Shown: in pieces, positions 47,837 through 57,848 of the stretch
Layout: every line of letters begins with the position of its first letter
Position numbering within the stretch: the first letter of the stretch is position 1
Source: Candidatus Marinacidobacterales bacterium
GTDB taxonomy: Bacteria > Acidobacteriota > Vicinamibacteria > Marinacidobacterales > DATDRI01
DNA: 64,000 nt
Reading direction: 5' to 3'
NCBI GenBank assembly: GCA_965226495.1
Contig: OZ245365.1
Span: 5,824,001-5,888,000, forward strand
The notes under the pieces: generated by a model
Database searches by the model: none
What the model was told of the DNA's origin: nothing
What the model saw: the letters and a program-made list of their open reading frames with translations, nothing else
Position numbers and translations under genes: made by a program

Positions 47837-49066
47837 ATGAAACAAAAAGTTCTTGGAGCCTTGCTCATCCAGCTCCTGCTCGGGGCGGCTTCCGTTGATG
47901 CACAACCCAAGACCCGCGCCGAGGAGATCGATATAGCTCGGCGGGAGAAGATCGCGCGGCTATGGCCCGAACGGGAGTCTCCGATGGTGGATATGGTCAA
48001 CGGGTTCGTGGAGCGGGGCCTCCTGGACGATTCGGAGGGCGCCGGCGCCAACGGTTTTCAAGTAGTTCTGGGCGGGATGCGATCGGGTCAAGGTGCGTCT
48101 TTCGGAATCGGCTATCGTCGCAGCGACATCTGGAACGATCAGCTCGCGTATCGGTTCACCGCTCGCGGTACGCTGCAAAATGCGTGGATGCTCGATGCAG
48201 AGCTCGATTTCCCGAAGCTCAGGAGCGAGCGAGGGTACATCACGCTTTACTCGAAGTTCGAGAGCTCGCCGCAAATGGACTACTACGGTGAGGGTATCAA
48301 CTCCAGCCAGGACGACCGCACCAGCTACTCGTGGGACACTCTCAGTTTCGATGGTAGTGCGGCCTACGAATTGTTCAATAACTTCCGGGTCGGTATTTCC
48401 GGGGGCATCCTGGACGCGGCCACCGGAACCGGGAGGACCAAGCCCTCGACCGAAGAGGTCTTCAATCCTCCCGGCCTCGGTGAAAACACTTGGTACTTGA
48501 ACTTCGCGGGCTTCGTTCTCTACGATTACCGGGACCATCCCGGAGGGCCGAGGAGCGGCGGTTTCTACGCAACACGTTTTCGCAAGTACTCGGATCGCGG
48601 GCTGGACAAGTTCAACTTCTCCCAACCCGAGTTTGAGTTCCAACAGTACATTCCGTACTTCAACAAGACGCGGGTCGTCGCGATCCGGGCCAAAGTGGCC
48701 TTGTCCTATGCAGACGGAGGAGATACCGTTCCCTTCTATGGGCAGCCCAAGCTAGGAGGTAACGACGATCTACGGAGCTTCGCTCGTTATCGGTACTACG
48801 ACGACAATTACCTCATTGTGAACGTCGAGCACCGCTGGTACGCCTTCACCGCACTCGACGTCGCCCTTTTCGCGGACGCCGGCACCGTCGCGCACGAGAG
48901 AAGGGATATCGATTTCAGTGACATGAGGTATAGCGGCGGCATCGGTTTTCGCGTACGGATGCAGAACTCGGTGGTGATGCGCATCGACTTCGCTTACGGA
49001 AACGAAGGGGCGCGCTTCATGTGGACGTTCAGCGACATCTTCAAGATAAGACCCTTCGGGCAGTAG
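47837..49066 (+). CDS. Omp85 (BamA/TamA superfamily) barrel apparently lacking POTRA domains
   Basis: Signal peptide; VPFY...LGG...LRSF...R motif, FADAG, GGIGFR, RIDFAYG; only 409 aa. Confidence 0.8.
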   Translation: MKQKVLGALLIQLLLGAASVDAQPKTRAEEIDIARREKIARLWPERESPMVDMVNGFVERGLLDDSEGAGANGFQVVLGGMRSGQGASFGIGYRRSDIWNDQLAYRFTARGTLQNAWMLDAELDFPKLRSERGYITLYSKFESSPQMDYYGEGINSSQDDRTSYSWDTLSFDGSAAYELFNNFRVGISGGILDAATGTGRTKPSTEEVFNPPGLGENTWYLNFAGFVLYDYRDHPGGPRSGGFYATRFRKYSDRGLDKFNFSQPEFEFQQYIPYFNKTRVVAIRAKVALSYADGGDTVPFYGQPKLGGNDDLRSFARYRYYDDNYLIVNVEHRWYAFTALDVALFADAGTVAHERRDIDFSDMRYSGGIGFRVRMQNSVVMRIDFAYGNEGARFMWTFSDIFKIRPFGQ

Positions 49067-49077
49067 GACGATGTTAT

Positions 49078-51959
49078 ATGCGTAAGAGAACTCTCGGCTT
49101 CTGTATTCCAAGGATTTGGACCATCGCATCTTGTACCCTCCTGCTGATTGTCCTGACAACGCCCGCGACCGCACAAAAGTTCTACCCCGACGATCCGCTC
49201 GAGAAGGACCCGGCTCCCGTCGCGACATACGATCCCGATTCCGCGACCTTAGCGAGCTCATGGAGTTCGTTAACAACATCTTCGGCAATCCCGGAGAGCG
49301 GCACCCCGACGTCGGCGTGATTCCCGCCGCTGGCGTCAATACATTGGGGGAGGTTCCCGACAGCCCCTGGTACGTGAATCGTCACGCGAAATCGCGCCTG
49401 ACGAAAGAGAAACTAATCCGTGGTCCGGGAAATAACGATCCCCCTTCGAGAGACGAAAAATGGAAAGCGTTGGTCGTCAAATCTCACGGGTTCCGACCGG
49501 GGATCCTCATCCGCGACGCGGAGAACGAGCTGTATCTATTGCGGTTCGATCCCGTGGGCTACCTCGAGATGGCTACCGGTGCGACAATGGTGTCTTCCAG
49601 GGCTCTCTACGCCCTCGGCTACTACGTGCCTGAGAATTACATCGTCTACTTCGGACGGGATCAGCTCGTGGCTTCAAAGGCTGGTGAGGACATTACCAGT
49701 ATGGGAAAGACGCGGGACCTCACGGAAGAGAACATCGACAATTTCCTGAAACGCGCTGCCCGGGATCCGGAGAGGGGTTACCGTGCGGTTGCGACTCGCG
49801 CGCCCGCTCGCTGGAAGGGTCTCTTGGGGCCTTACCAGATTTTTGGGACCCGCAGCGACGATCCCAACGACATCGTCCCCCATGAACACCGGCGCGACCT
49901 CCGGGGGCTCTATGTCTTCTGCGCCTGGCTCAATCACTTCAACATGCGGGCGATGAACACGCTGGACGTGCTGGTCGAGGAGGATGGGATACCGCATATT
50001 CGTCACTATCTCATCGACTTTACCGAGACACTGGGAAGCGCCGGTTCGCGGCCGAAGAGGGCCCGCGAAGGCAACGACCCCTACTACGACGGCGGCCGCA
50101 CCGCCCAAAATGTTGCCGGCATGGGCATCTACACGCCTCGGTGGATGCGTGCCGACTACCCAGGGTTTAGGTCGGTCGGACGCTTCGAGTACGAGACCTT
50201 CGACCCCGAAAAGTGGACGCCCAATTACGAGATGGCTCCTTTTGCCAACCGGCTGCCCGATGACACGTTTTGGGCGGCTAAGAAATTGGCGGCCCTAACC
50301 AACGAGGACATCGAGGCTGTGGTGAGTACGGCCCAGTACAGCGACCCGCGTGCGGGGGCGTGGATCACCAAGAGCCTCATCACCCGTCGCAACCGAATCC
50401 TCAGGACGTACTATGCGAAGGTCCTTCCGCTCGACAACTTCAGAGTAGAGAACGATGAGCTCAGGTACGACGATCGGGAGCTCCAGGAGAGTTTCGTATC
50501 ATCTCGCAACTACAACGTTCGATGGCTGGAGCTGGACAACGAAACTGGTGTTCTGAGCGTGTTGAGCGGGCGGACCTCTTTCACCATTCCATCAAGCGTG
50601 AAGAATGCCGAGCCGGCGGCGTACTTCGCCGCCCGTATTGGCGCGGAAGACCGCGAGCAGCACGAAGTCACCGTCTATCTTCGTCGGGAGCCACGCACCC
50701 TCAACGTTGTGGGTTTGGACTATAGCTGGCCGGGCAAGGTGATTGCCGATCCGGCCGAGGATGTCGACACCGGACGAAGCCGATACACCGACCTCCAGGA
50801 GATACAAAGGTCTCTCTTTGGGCCTTACACCGAGCTCTACAACGAGAGCACCGGTAAGAACTATACGCCCCAGCAGTATTTCGATTCCCTTACCATATCG
50901 GAGCGCACGACCTACGACGCGGTGACTCATGCGTTGATGAACTCCGAGCTGACAGACGAACAAGGGAACTCGCTGGGAGTGGCGCTCGATCTGGTCAAGA
51001 GCCTCGAGCGCGTCGCCGGTCAATATTACGGTCGAGAGGGAGACCAGCAGTTCCGCCTCTATGTCCATCTGGAGCCAGGGGCAAAAGAGACACTCGAAAA
51101 GTCCCAGGAGTTCGGCCTCGGCCACTTGAACACCGTCTACCACGCCGGGTATCCCAACTCCTTCCGCCAAGCCGGCAAGGAACCGACGATTCAGTTCTCG
51201 ATTTCGGAAGAGGGGACGAAAGCCGACATCGACGTGGACTACCGTTCCAGCAAGTCTCCGCAAGCTCTTTTCAACGGTCATTTGACGTCGGCGAACTCGG
51301 ATGTGCGACAAGGGGACAACCACGAACGGCACTCGGTGCGATGGAGTGGCCTCCACGCGTGGTGGGCAGAGCGCTTCGGCAAGTTGCCCAAGGGAGACAG
51401 GAGCGCCCGAGATCTCTATGCAACGGAAAGACCCGAGCCCCCGACGGCCACACCACCGGATCGTCCAGGCAACGCCCAGATCCCCGAGATCCACGATGCG
51501 GTTCAGGAATTCCTAAGTGACTGGTTCGTACGCGGGAACTACGACGAAGCGGTGGACTTTCTTTCCGATCAGGCCCTGGCTTGCCTCAACGTGGACGACG
51601 TTGCGGGAAAGGAAACTCTGGACGCACGCGGAGCGCGCGAGCATCTCCGTGAGATTATGGAGTACTCGGCCAAGGAGATGGGCGACAGAGACAATTTGAC
51701 CGAAGCCGTGGATATGGTCGAACCGTGGGATCCCACGATAGTCCTCGAAGAGCATCCCTACTCAGGGGATTTCGCTCTCGACAAAATGTCTAAGGAAGAC
51801 GCCGAACCGTATCTTTGTGGGCAAGAGCGGCCCGCCACCGATGACTACTACGGTGTTCTCTTCCGTTTCAAAGACGAGGGCGGGGGCATTCTGGGCTTGC
51901 TTTGGAATCGCGAGAACGGCCAATGGCGTATCGTCGCCTACCGCGCCTTCGAACAGTAA
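49078..51959 (+). CDS. Large exported protein: atypical kinase-fold N-half plus unknown C-half; single frameshift at ~49240
   Basis: Signal peptide ..ATAQKFYPDDP in one frame joins FRDLSE.. in another; WLNHFNMRAMN...LIDF resembles catalytic/Mg-binding loops of HipA/PI3K-like kinases. Confidence 0.6.
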
Positions 51960-51986
51960 TTACCATTTACCCCATACCTTCAGGAA

Positions 51987-53504
51987 GTGAGCAGGACCAT
52001 GCTGATGTTGAGAACGTTGCTAATGTTGAAGCTGTCGCTCGGTTTAGCCGCTAACTTGGCAGCGACACCAGAAGAAGAAAGAAATACGAAACGATGGTTC
52101 ACGATCCCGGGGCTCCATAGTGATCCCGCCGCACTGAGCCAGCCGCCTCTTTTAACACAGCACTCGGGAACCACGTCCTCGACCGATTCGACCCCGCCGG
52201 CTCCGAAGAACCGTTCGCCGAACGGGTCTCTCGACAAGTACCTCCCGTCCCAGTTCAATCTCTCGAACCGGGGTGGTCGTGGGCTCGGGAAGACGCTTTC
52301 ACCGGAAACCCTCCCATCAGGCGATCTTGCGGCCGGGGCCTTCGTCATGAACTTCGATCGCAACCCGGGTGACATCGACTTCTTCGAGTTTCCGTTCCAG
52401 GGAGCGCTGGGCCTGCCGGGACGAACCGAAGTGTTTTTCAGCGTGTCGCCGATCTACAGGGTGAACAGCGTGGGCCAAGACCCTTACCGGTTCCCGGTTC
52501 CTCCTTTGGATCTTTTCATCGACACCTTTCCCACAGTAGCCGAGCGCCCCGAACCGTACTTCCTCTACGCACAGGAAGTTCCGTACAAGACTTACTTTGT
52601 TCCCAATGTCACGATTACTCTGCCCGGAAATGGAGCCTTCGCCTCCTCCGACGGAGACGTCGTCTTCGGTGGAAAAGTGAACCTGCTATCCGAAGAACGT
52701 GCCAATTCGATCGGATTCGGCGTGCGAGGCTACGTCGAGGTCCCCATGGAGACGCCGCGGTACAACGATACCTCCAGCGATTCTGCCTGGCGCGAGCTCA
52801 CAGGAGTATCGGGGAAAGTCGACGTCGGTCTCGACCTGTTGTTCTCGAAAAGAGTCAAGGGGAGCGAAGTCCTCGCTAATGTGGGCTACAAACGAGTGGG
52901 AGATCCCGATCGGGGGCTCCGGATCCAACACGTTGACTCTTCCCGCAATCGGCCGGACCGGTTCTTGGTGGGGGATCCGGTCGAGATCGGTCTCAACCTT
53001 AAGGACGAGCTCTTCTTGGCTGCCGGGGGCTCGTACCCCGGTTTCAAGATCAAAAATCAGCAGCTCTGGTTCTTCGGCGAGTTCACCTACACCCGCTATG
53101 TCGGTAACGGAACCGCGACGGAGAGGCTCGTCCATCCCGTGGAGATGGTTCTGGGACTGCAGATCAACTTCCCCTGGTACAAGCCGGTGTCTTTGGGTTT
53201 CGCCTGGCAGATCCTGTTCAATGACGCCGGGGACGGCGATTATCGAACAACGTTCCTTCAACTAGACGGCATCGGAGACATCAATTTCAGCGAGCTCGTC
53301 CAACCGGAGCTGTCTGAAGAAGTGAAAAACTTCTTTGCGGATCGGGGAGCCACCTTCTCCGAGGGTAGCAGCAAAGTGTTCTCCACTGACAACCCGGCTT
53401 TCGATGGGTGGCGCAACATATCGACCGAGCGGCAGCGCGTCGTCGGGAAGGGCGGCGGGAACTTTCTTGCCTTCATCACCTGGCGGATTACCTCGTTATG
53501 GTGA
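51987..53504 (+). CDS. Exported probable outer-membrane beta-barrel protein
   Basis: Signal peptide, amphipathic strands (NFDRNPGD, GDVVFGGKVNL, ANVGY, FFGEF), aromatic C-terminus. Confidence 0.6.
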   Translation: MSRTMLMLRTLLMLKLSLGLAANLAATPEEERNTKRWFTIPGLHSDPAALSQPPLLTQHSGTTSSTDSTPPAPKNRSPNGSLDKYLPSQFNLSNRGGRGLGKTLSPETLPSGDLAAGAFVMNFDRNPGDIDFFEFPFQGALGLPGRTEVFFSVSPIYRVNSVGQDPYRFPVPPLDLFIDTFPTVAERPEPYFLYAQEVPYKTYFVPNVTITLPGNGAFASSDGDVVFGGKVNLLSEERANSIGFGVRGYVEVPMETPRYNDTSSDSAWRELTGVSGKVDVGLDLLFSKRVKGSEVLANVGYKRVGDPDRGLRIQHVDSSRNRPDRFLVGDPVEIGLNLKDELFLAAGGSYPGFKIKNQQLWFFGEFTYTRYVGNGTATERLVHPVEMVLGLQINFPWYKPVSLGFAWQILFNDAGDGDYRTTFLQLDGIGDINFSELVQPELSEEVKNFFADRGATFSEGSSKVFSTDNPAFDGWRNISTERQRVVGKGGGNFLAFITWRITSLW

Positions 53505-53636
53505 TCGGCAGACCCGATAGGCCCCGATAGCTAAGGACAAGAGAATGTTCTCCTTTGGGCTCCGGAACCGCCTTGCTGAAGAAAAACAAACAGTAGGTTG
53601 ACGGCTCCCAGCGAGCTAGCCTAATATTCCCCCTCC

Positions 53637-54032
53637 ATGCAGGTACTCTACGAAGGTGCGGGCGTCTACCAGCAGCGAGGTCGAGAGAGGCTTCGGTCGC
53701 TGAGCTGGAGACAACGCGGTATTCTTCTTTGGGGCAAGCTGCGACGTTTCTATTTGGTAAACGTCAGACCCCGCTACGTTGAAGAGAGTCTCAGCCGACG
53801 AGTCGGTGAATGCCACCGCACCGGTGCGTGCTGCAACGTCATGTTTCCTTGCCCGCTCTTGAATTGGGCAAGCCGCATTCCTCTATGTGGGATTTACCAC
53901 GGTCGCCCGAAGAACTGCACGACTTTCCCCATCGATGAGAGAGACTTGCGGGACCGCGACATCGTGAATCCGTGGGACCCTTGCGGATTCAGTTTCCCCG
54001 AAGAGCCACGAGAGCATCGGCGCTCCTCCTAG
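53637..54032 (+). CDS. YkgJ-like cysteine-rich protein
   Basis: GECHRTGACC, CPLL, CGIYHGRPKNCTTFP, CGFSF. Confidence 0.7.
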   Translation: MQVLYEGAGVYQQRGRERLRSLSWRQRGILLWGKLRRFYLVNVRPRYVEESLSRRVGECHRTGACCNVMFPCPLLNWASRIPLCGIYHGRPKNCTTFPIDERDLRDRDIVNPWDPCGFSFPEEPREHRRSS

Positions 54033-54042
54033 GCGGAGCTCG

Positions 54043-55905
54043 ATGTCTGACGTCGGAACGCTTCGCTTCCTTTCCACCGTCCTAACCTTGATGGTGCTCC
54101 CGGCCTGCAGTCGGGCCGTGCCATCCGAGCCGCCGGTTTCTCTTCTTGAACAGACGTACGTGGTTTTTTCCAACTCTTCCGAATCTGCGATCTCCTCTCC
54201 GGTGAGTCTGGGTAAAGACTCGAGGCCATGCCTCGCGGCACCGACTCCTTCCGAAGTTCGGTTTCGCGTCAAGCTTCCGCCCCGCCCCTTGCTGACCTTC
54301 GCCATTGGCATTCAACCGAAGAAGATAGACGAGGGAGTTGCGGGCGACAAAGCTCGCTTCGTGGTGAAGGCAGGCGTCGAGAGCCCGTCCACCGTTGTTT
54401 TCCAGCGAGAGATCCATGCCGCGCGTAGCGATCAGTGGATCGACCAATCGGTCGACCTCCGCCCGTTCGCGGGAAAAGAGATCTGGTTGAGCTTCGAAGG
54501 TGGAAAGGCTGGCGCGAACGCAACTGGAGGCGCGATAGGACCACTCGGTTTTGCGGCGCTCTTTGCAGACCCGATCCTTCACGATCGGGCACGCTACCGA
54601 GAGGGCAGGGGAGTCATCGTCGTATCAATAGATACTTTGCGCCGGGATCATGTCAGCGTCTACGGTTACGGGAGAAGGACCACCCCGACTCTCGAGGCCC
54701 TCGCCAGCGAGGGAGTCGCTTTCGAAGATGCCGTGACCACTGCTCCCTGGACGCTTCCCGCGCACGCCTCCCTTTTGACGTCGCTCTATCCCTCCTCCCA
54801 CGGTGCCGTGGATCTCCGACGCGGGGTGCCGGATGACGTATCGAGCCTGCCGCATCTTCTGCAACAAAAAGGGTTTTTCACACAGGCGGTGGTGACACAC
54901 CTCTATCTATCGAAGCAATACGGCTTCGGCCACGGCTTCGACGGTCACTGGTATCGCTACGACGCGCGGGCGGAGCAGGTTACGGAGCGTGCCATCTCCT
55001 TTTTGAGGGAGAGGGGCGATCGTGACTTCTTTCTCTTTCTTCATTACTACGACCCTCACTGGCATTACGACCCACCGCCGCCCTACGACCGGACCTTCGA
55101 CCCAGACTACTCGGGCGCAACCAGCGGCGTTTGGTGGGAGTTCAAGAAGGAGACGGCGGACTCGATAGCGCCGCGGGATCTCCGGCACATCTTGGCGCTC
55201 TACGACGGTGAGATCCTATACGCGGACCGGCAACTTGGGCGGTTGTTCGGGGTGATGAGAGAGATGGGAATATACGACAAGTCTTTGGTGGTGGTTACTT
55301 CCGATCACGGCGAGGAATTTCTCGAACACGGAGGGTGGGAGCACCAGAAAACGCTATATGAAGAAGTGTTGCGTATTCCACTGTTGATGAAGCTGCCCGG
55401 GAGCGAAGGAGCGGGCCGCCGCGTCTCTCGGCAGGTAAGCCTGGTCGACGTGGCCCCGACGATCCTGGAAGAGATGGAGCTCCCGGCCGTCGCTGGATTC
55501 CAAGGACGGAGCCTTTCGGGGCTCATTCGAGGCTCCGAGAAGACGCTCGATGGTCCCGGTGGCCCTGCTGGCCCTGCTGACAAGGTCTGGGCCGAAACCC
55601 AACACACCACAGACGACTCACACAAATTGGCATTGAGGCAGGGGGGCAACGGTAGGAAGCTTATCGTCAGCCGTCACGACGATGGCTCGGAAGCATCGGT
55701 CGAGCTCTACGATCTCGCGAGAGACCCTCAAGAACGCGACGATCTGGTTGCCGGCGAGTCGAGCTGGGTGGAGCGGGCCTTACAGCAAGTGGACGCTTAC
55801 TTTGTCCGAGCGAGCGAGCGGAAAGAAAGCGGCACTCCCGCACCTCCGGTAGAGCTAACCCCCGACCAGCTTGACAAACTACGTGCTCTCGGCTACGCGC
55901 GTTGA
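54043..55905 (+). CDS. Sulfatase-like hydrolase/transferase lipoprotein (alkaline phosphatase superfamily)
   Basis: Lipobox LPAC, SIDTLRRDH, WTLPAH, HYYDPH, TSDHGEEF, LRALGY. Confidence 0.85.
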   Translation: MSDVGTLRFLSTVLTLMVLPACSRAVPSEPPVSLLEQTYVVFSNSSESAISSPVSLGKDSRPCLAAPTPSEVRFRVKLPPRPLLTFAIGIQPKKIDEGVAGDKARFVVKAGVESPSTVVFQREIHAARSDQWIDQSVDLRPFAGKEIWLSFEGGKAGANATGGAIGPLGFAALFADPILHDRARYREGRGVIVVSIDTLRRDHVSVYGYGRRTTPTLEALASEGVAFEDAVTTAPWTLPAHASLLTSLYPSSHGAVDLRRGVPDDVSSLPHLLQQKGFFTQAVVTHLYLSKQYGFGHGFDGHWYRYDARAEQVTERAISFLRERGDRDFFLFLHYYDPHWHYDPPPPYDRTFDPDYSGATSGVWWEFKKETADSIAPRDLRHILALYDGEILYADRQLGRLFGVMREMGIYDKSLVVVTSDHGEEFLEHGGWEHQKTLYEEVLRIPLLMKLPGSEGAGRRVSRQVSLVDVAPTILEEMELPAVAGFQGRSLSGLIRGSEKTLDGPGGPAGPADKVWAETQHTTDDSHKLALRQGGNGRKLIVSRHDDGSEASVELYDLARDPQERDDLVAGESSWVERALQQVDAYFVRASERKESGTPAPPVELTPDQLDKLRALGYAR

Positions 55906-56017
55906 GAAAAAAAACTGCGTAAAAGGTTTCTTCCTGGTATCCTAGAGATGACGGGTCTCGCGAGGACGGTGGCTGCCGTATCTGGCCGACGCCCGTAGGG
56001 TTTCAATTGATAAGACG

Positions 56018-56527
56018 ATGTTGGGTCGAAAGTTTCAAGTTCGAGAGGAGTTGTATCGCCTTCTCCTCAATGAAGAGGAGGGAGTGGCTTACAACCTCGT
56101 TCCTCGCATGCTTGCCGACCCGGAGTCGTTAACCCCCGAAATCCGTTGGTGTCTTCTCTACTTGATTCGGGGCGTTGGATACATCGCCTCCCGAAACGGG
56201 CTGCTCGGTAGGGGCGGCCTCCTGGATGCCGTCATCCAGGGCTTCGAAGAATCACGCCGCTTGAACGACCGCATAGATTGGTTGTGGTTTACTGTCGTCC
56301 GAGAGGATGAAAGCCATTGGATCCAACGGTATGAATCCACGGACGCTCGCTACTCCCTCGAAGAGCTCGGCTGGCTGCACGCTCAGCTGGGAAAGCTTTG
56401 GAACGTCGAGCGCCAGAGACTCGAACTAGAGGAGCCTCCCTTGACCCCCCTCGTGCTCCGGGAACGGGAACGGCTAAAGGCCGAAGCGGTGCGCAGCGAG
56501 TTTCCCGTCACGCGCTCCATTTCCTGA
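56018..56527 (+). CDS. Hypothetical protein
   Basis: 169 aa ATG-started ORF filling the gap before a terminator hairpin; no motif recognised. Confidence 0.55.
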   Translation: MLGRKFQVREELYRLLLNEEEGVAYNLVPRMLADPESLTPEIRWCLLYLIRGVGYIASRNGLLGRGGLLDAVIQGFEESRRLNDRIDWLWFTVVREDESHWIQRYESTDARYSLEELGWLHAQLGKLWNVERQRLELEEPPLTPLVLRERERLKAEAVRSEFPVTRSIS

Positions 56528-56542
56528 ACCGATCCCAATAGC

Positions 56543-56583
56543 AAAAGGCCCGGCGGTCTTCTTTTAGGAAGAACACCGGGCCT
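56543..56583 (-). terminator. Hairpin terminator between convergent genes
   Basis: aggcccgg..tcttc/gaaga..ccgggcct with an A run upstream (U tract on the minus strand). Confidence 0.55.
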
Positions 56584-56611
56584 CGAGAAAAAGCCTTTGG
56601 CAGAAGTATCG

Positions 56612-57529
56612 CTAGCTACCTTCCTCTTCGCCCTCACTTAGATCGGCCAAAAACTGTTTGACCTCGTCGGCCTGCGCGCCTGACGGCTGCAGCTGGAGGT
56701 ATTTTTGGAAATGGGGGGTGGCCGTCGCGGTGTCTTCGCTTTGCGCCGCCAGGCTCCCAAGGATGTAGTGAGCCTGTGGTGCCTGAGGCGCGTTCGGTTT
56801 CATCTCTAGGAACTTGTTGAGGTGTGCTTTCGCAGCATTGTTTTGGGCGGCCGCATCCGCGGAGCCCTCGGCCTGCCTAACCGCCATCGAGCCCAGCATG
56901 AAGTGAGCGTCGGCTGCAAAGTTATCGTCCGGCTTCAACTCCAAATACTTGCTGAGGAGCCGTTGCGCCTCGCTCCAGTTTTCCGTATTGAAGGCAACGC
57001 GGCCGACGAAATAGTAGGGGCGCGGCAGGCTGGGATCGAGCTGGATCACCTTCGAAAAGTGCTCCTCCGCCTTGCCCTCCTGGCCGTTTCTGATCAATGC
57101 CATGCCTAGGTAGTAGTGCACCTCTTTGTCGTTGGGCTTTGCGGCGGCAGCCTTGTCCAGATAAGGGATGCCCTTCGCAGAGTTCTTGGTGCGCGCCCAC
57201 GCAAGGCCACCCTGGCGCGTGGCGTGACCTATCTGCTCGGCGGCCTCGGGATTGTTCCCGACCTTCTCGAGGAACACGGTAAAGTGCTCGGCGGTCTTGG
57301 GGTAATTCTTCTTGCTCTGATAGGCGAAGCCCAGAAAGTAGTGACTGGCAAACAACTCGGCGTTCGCAGCCAGTGCTTTCTCGAAGGCGACGATCGCGGC
57401 ATCCATGTCGTTCTTTTTGATGGCCGCCTGGCCTTCCTGATACTCCTTACCACCGGCGGGGAGCTGTTGCTGCGCCACAGCTTCGCCGGCCAGCAGGACC
57501 ATGATCGCCACTGCTAACCACTTGTTCAT
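56612..57529 (-). CDS. Exported TPR protein
   Basis: Signal peptide MNKWLAV..AVAQ, repeated HY.LG...A...F.K.L TPR units. Confidence 0.85.
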   Translation of the reverse strand: MNKWLAVAIMVLLAGEAVAQQQLPAGGKEYQEGQAAIKKNDMDAAIVAFEKALAANAELFASHYFLGFAYQSKKNYPKTAEHFTVFLEKVGNNPEAAEQIGHATRQGGLAWARTKNSAKGIPYLDKAAAAKPNDKEVHYYLGMALIRNGQEGKAEEHFSKVIQLDPSLPRPYYFVGRVAFNTENWSEAQRLLSKYLELKPDDNFAADAHFMLGSMAVRQAEGSADAAAQNNAAKAHLNKFLEMKPNAPQAPQAHYILGSLAAQSEDTATATPHFQKYLQLQPSGAQADEVKQFLADLSEGEEEGS

Positions 57530-57848
57530 CAAATTTCTCCTTCTAGCGTTATTCTTGGGGCTTCCGGGTGAGTCGCCGAGGCGACATGAGACCCTGGCGT
57601 GGGAGCCTACCACAAGGGCCCGACGACGGCAAATCGCGCTCACCCTCGCCGAGTTACCTACCGATCGGTCAGTTTAGCCTCCCTGCCAACCCGCTAATGT
57701 CATAATAGCGCGAAATGAGGGTTTGCCCCGCCAGCGTAGGCGGGTAGCTACTTCGCTTGACGGCGAGCGAAGGAGAGTTGCTCTTTCCCTCCCCACATCA
57801 TAGATTCTGAGAAAACCTGACGAACGTAACGCAGCGAAAGTTCTGAAC

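Noticed and set aside
57530-57848. c-di-GMP-I riboswitch suggested by GGCAAACC on the minus strand
   Set aside because: No GNRA-capped P2 or downstream GCAAA element; treated as a divergent promoter region
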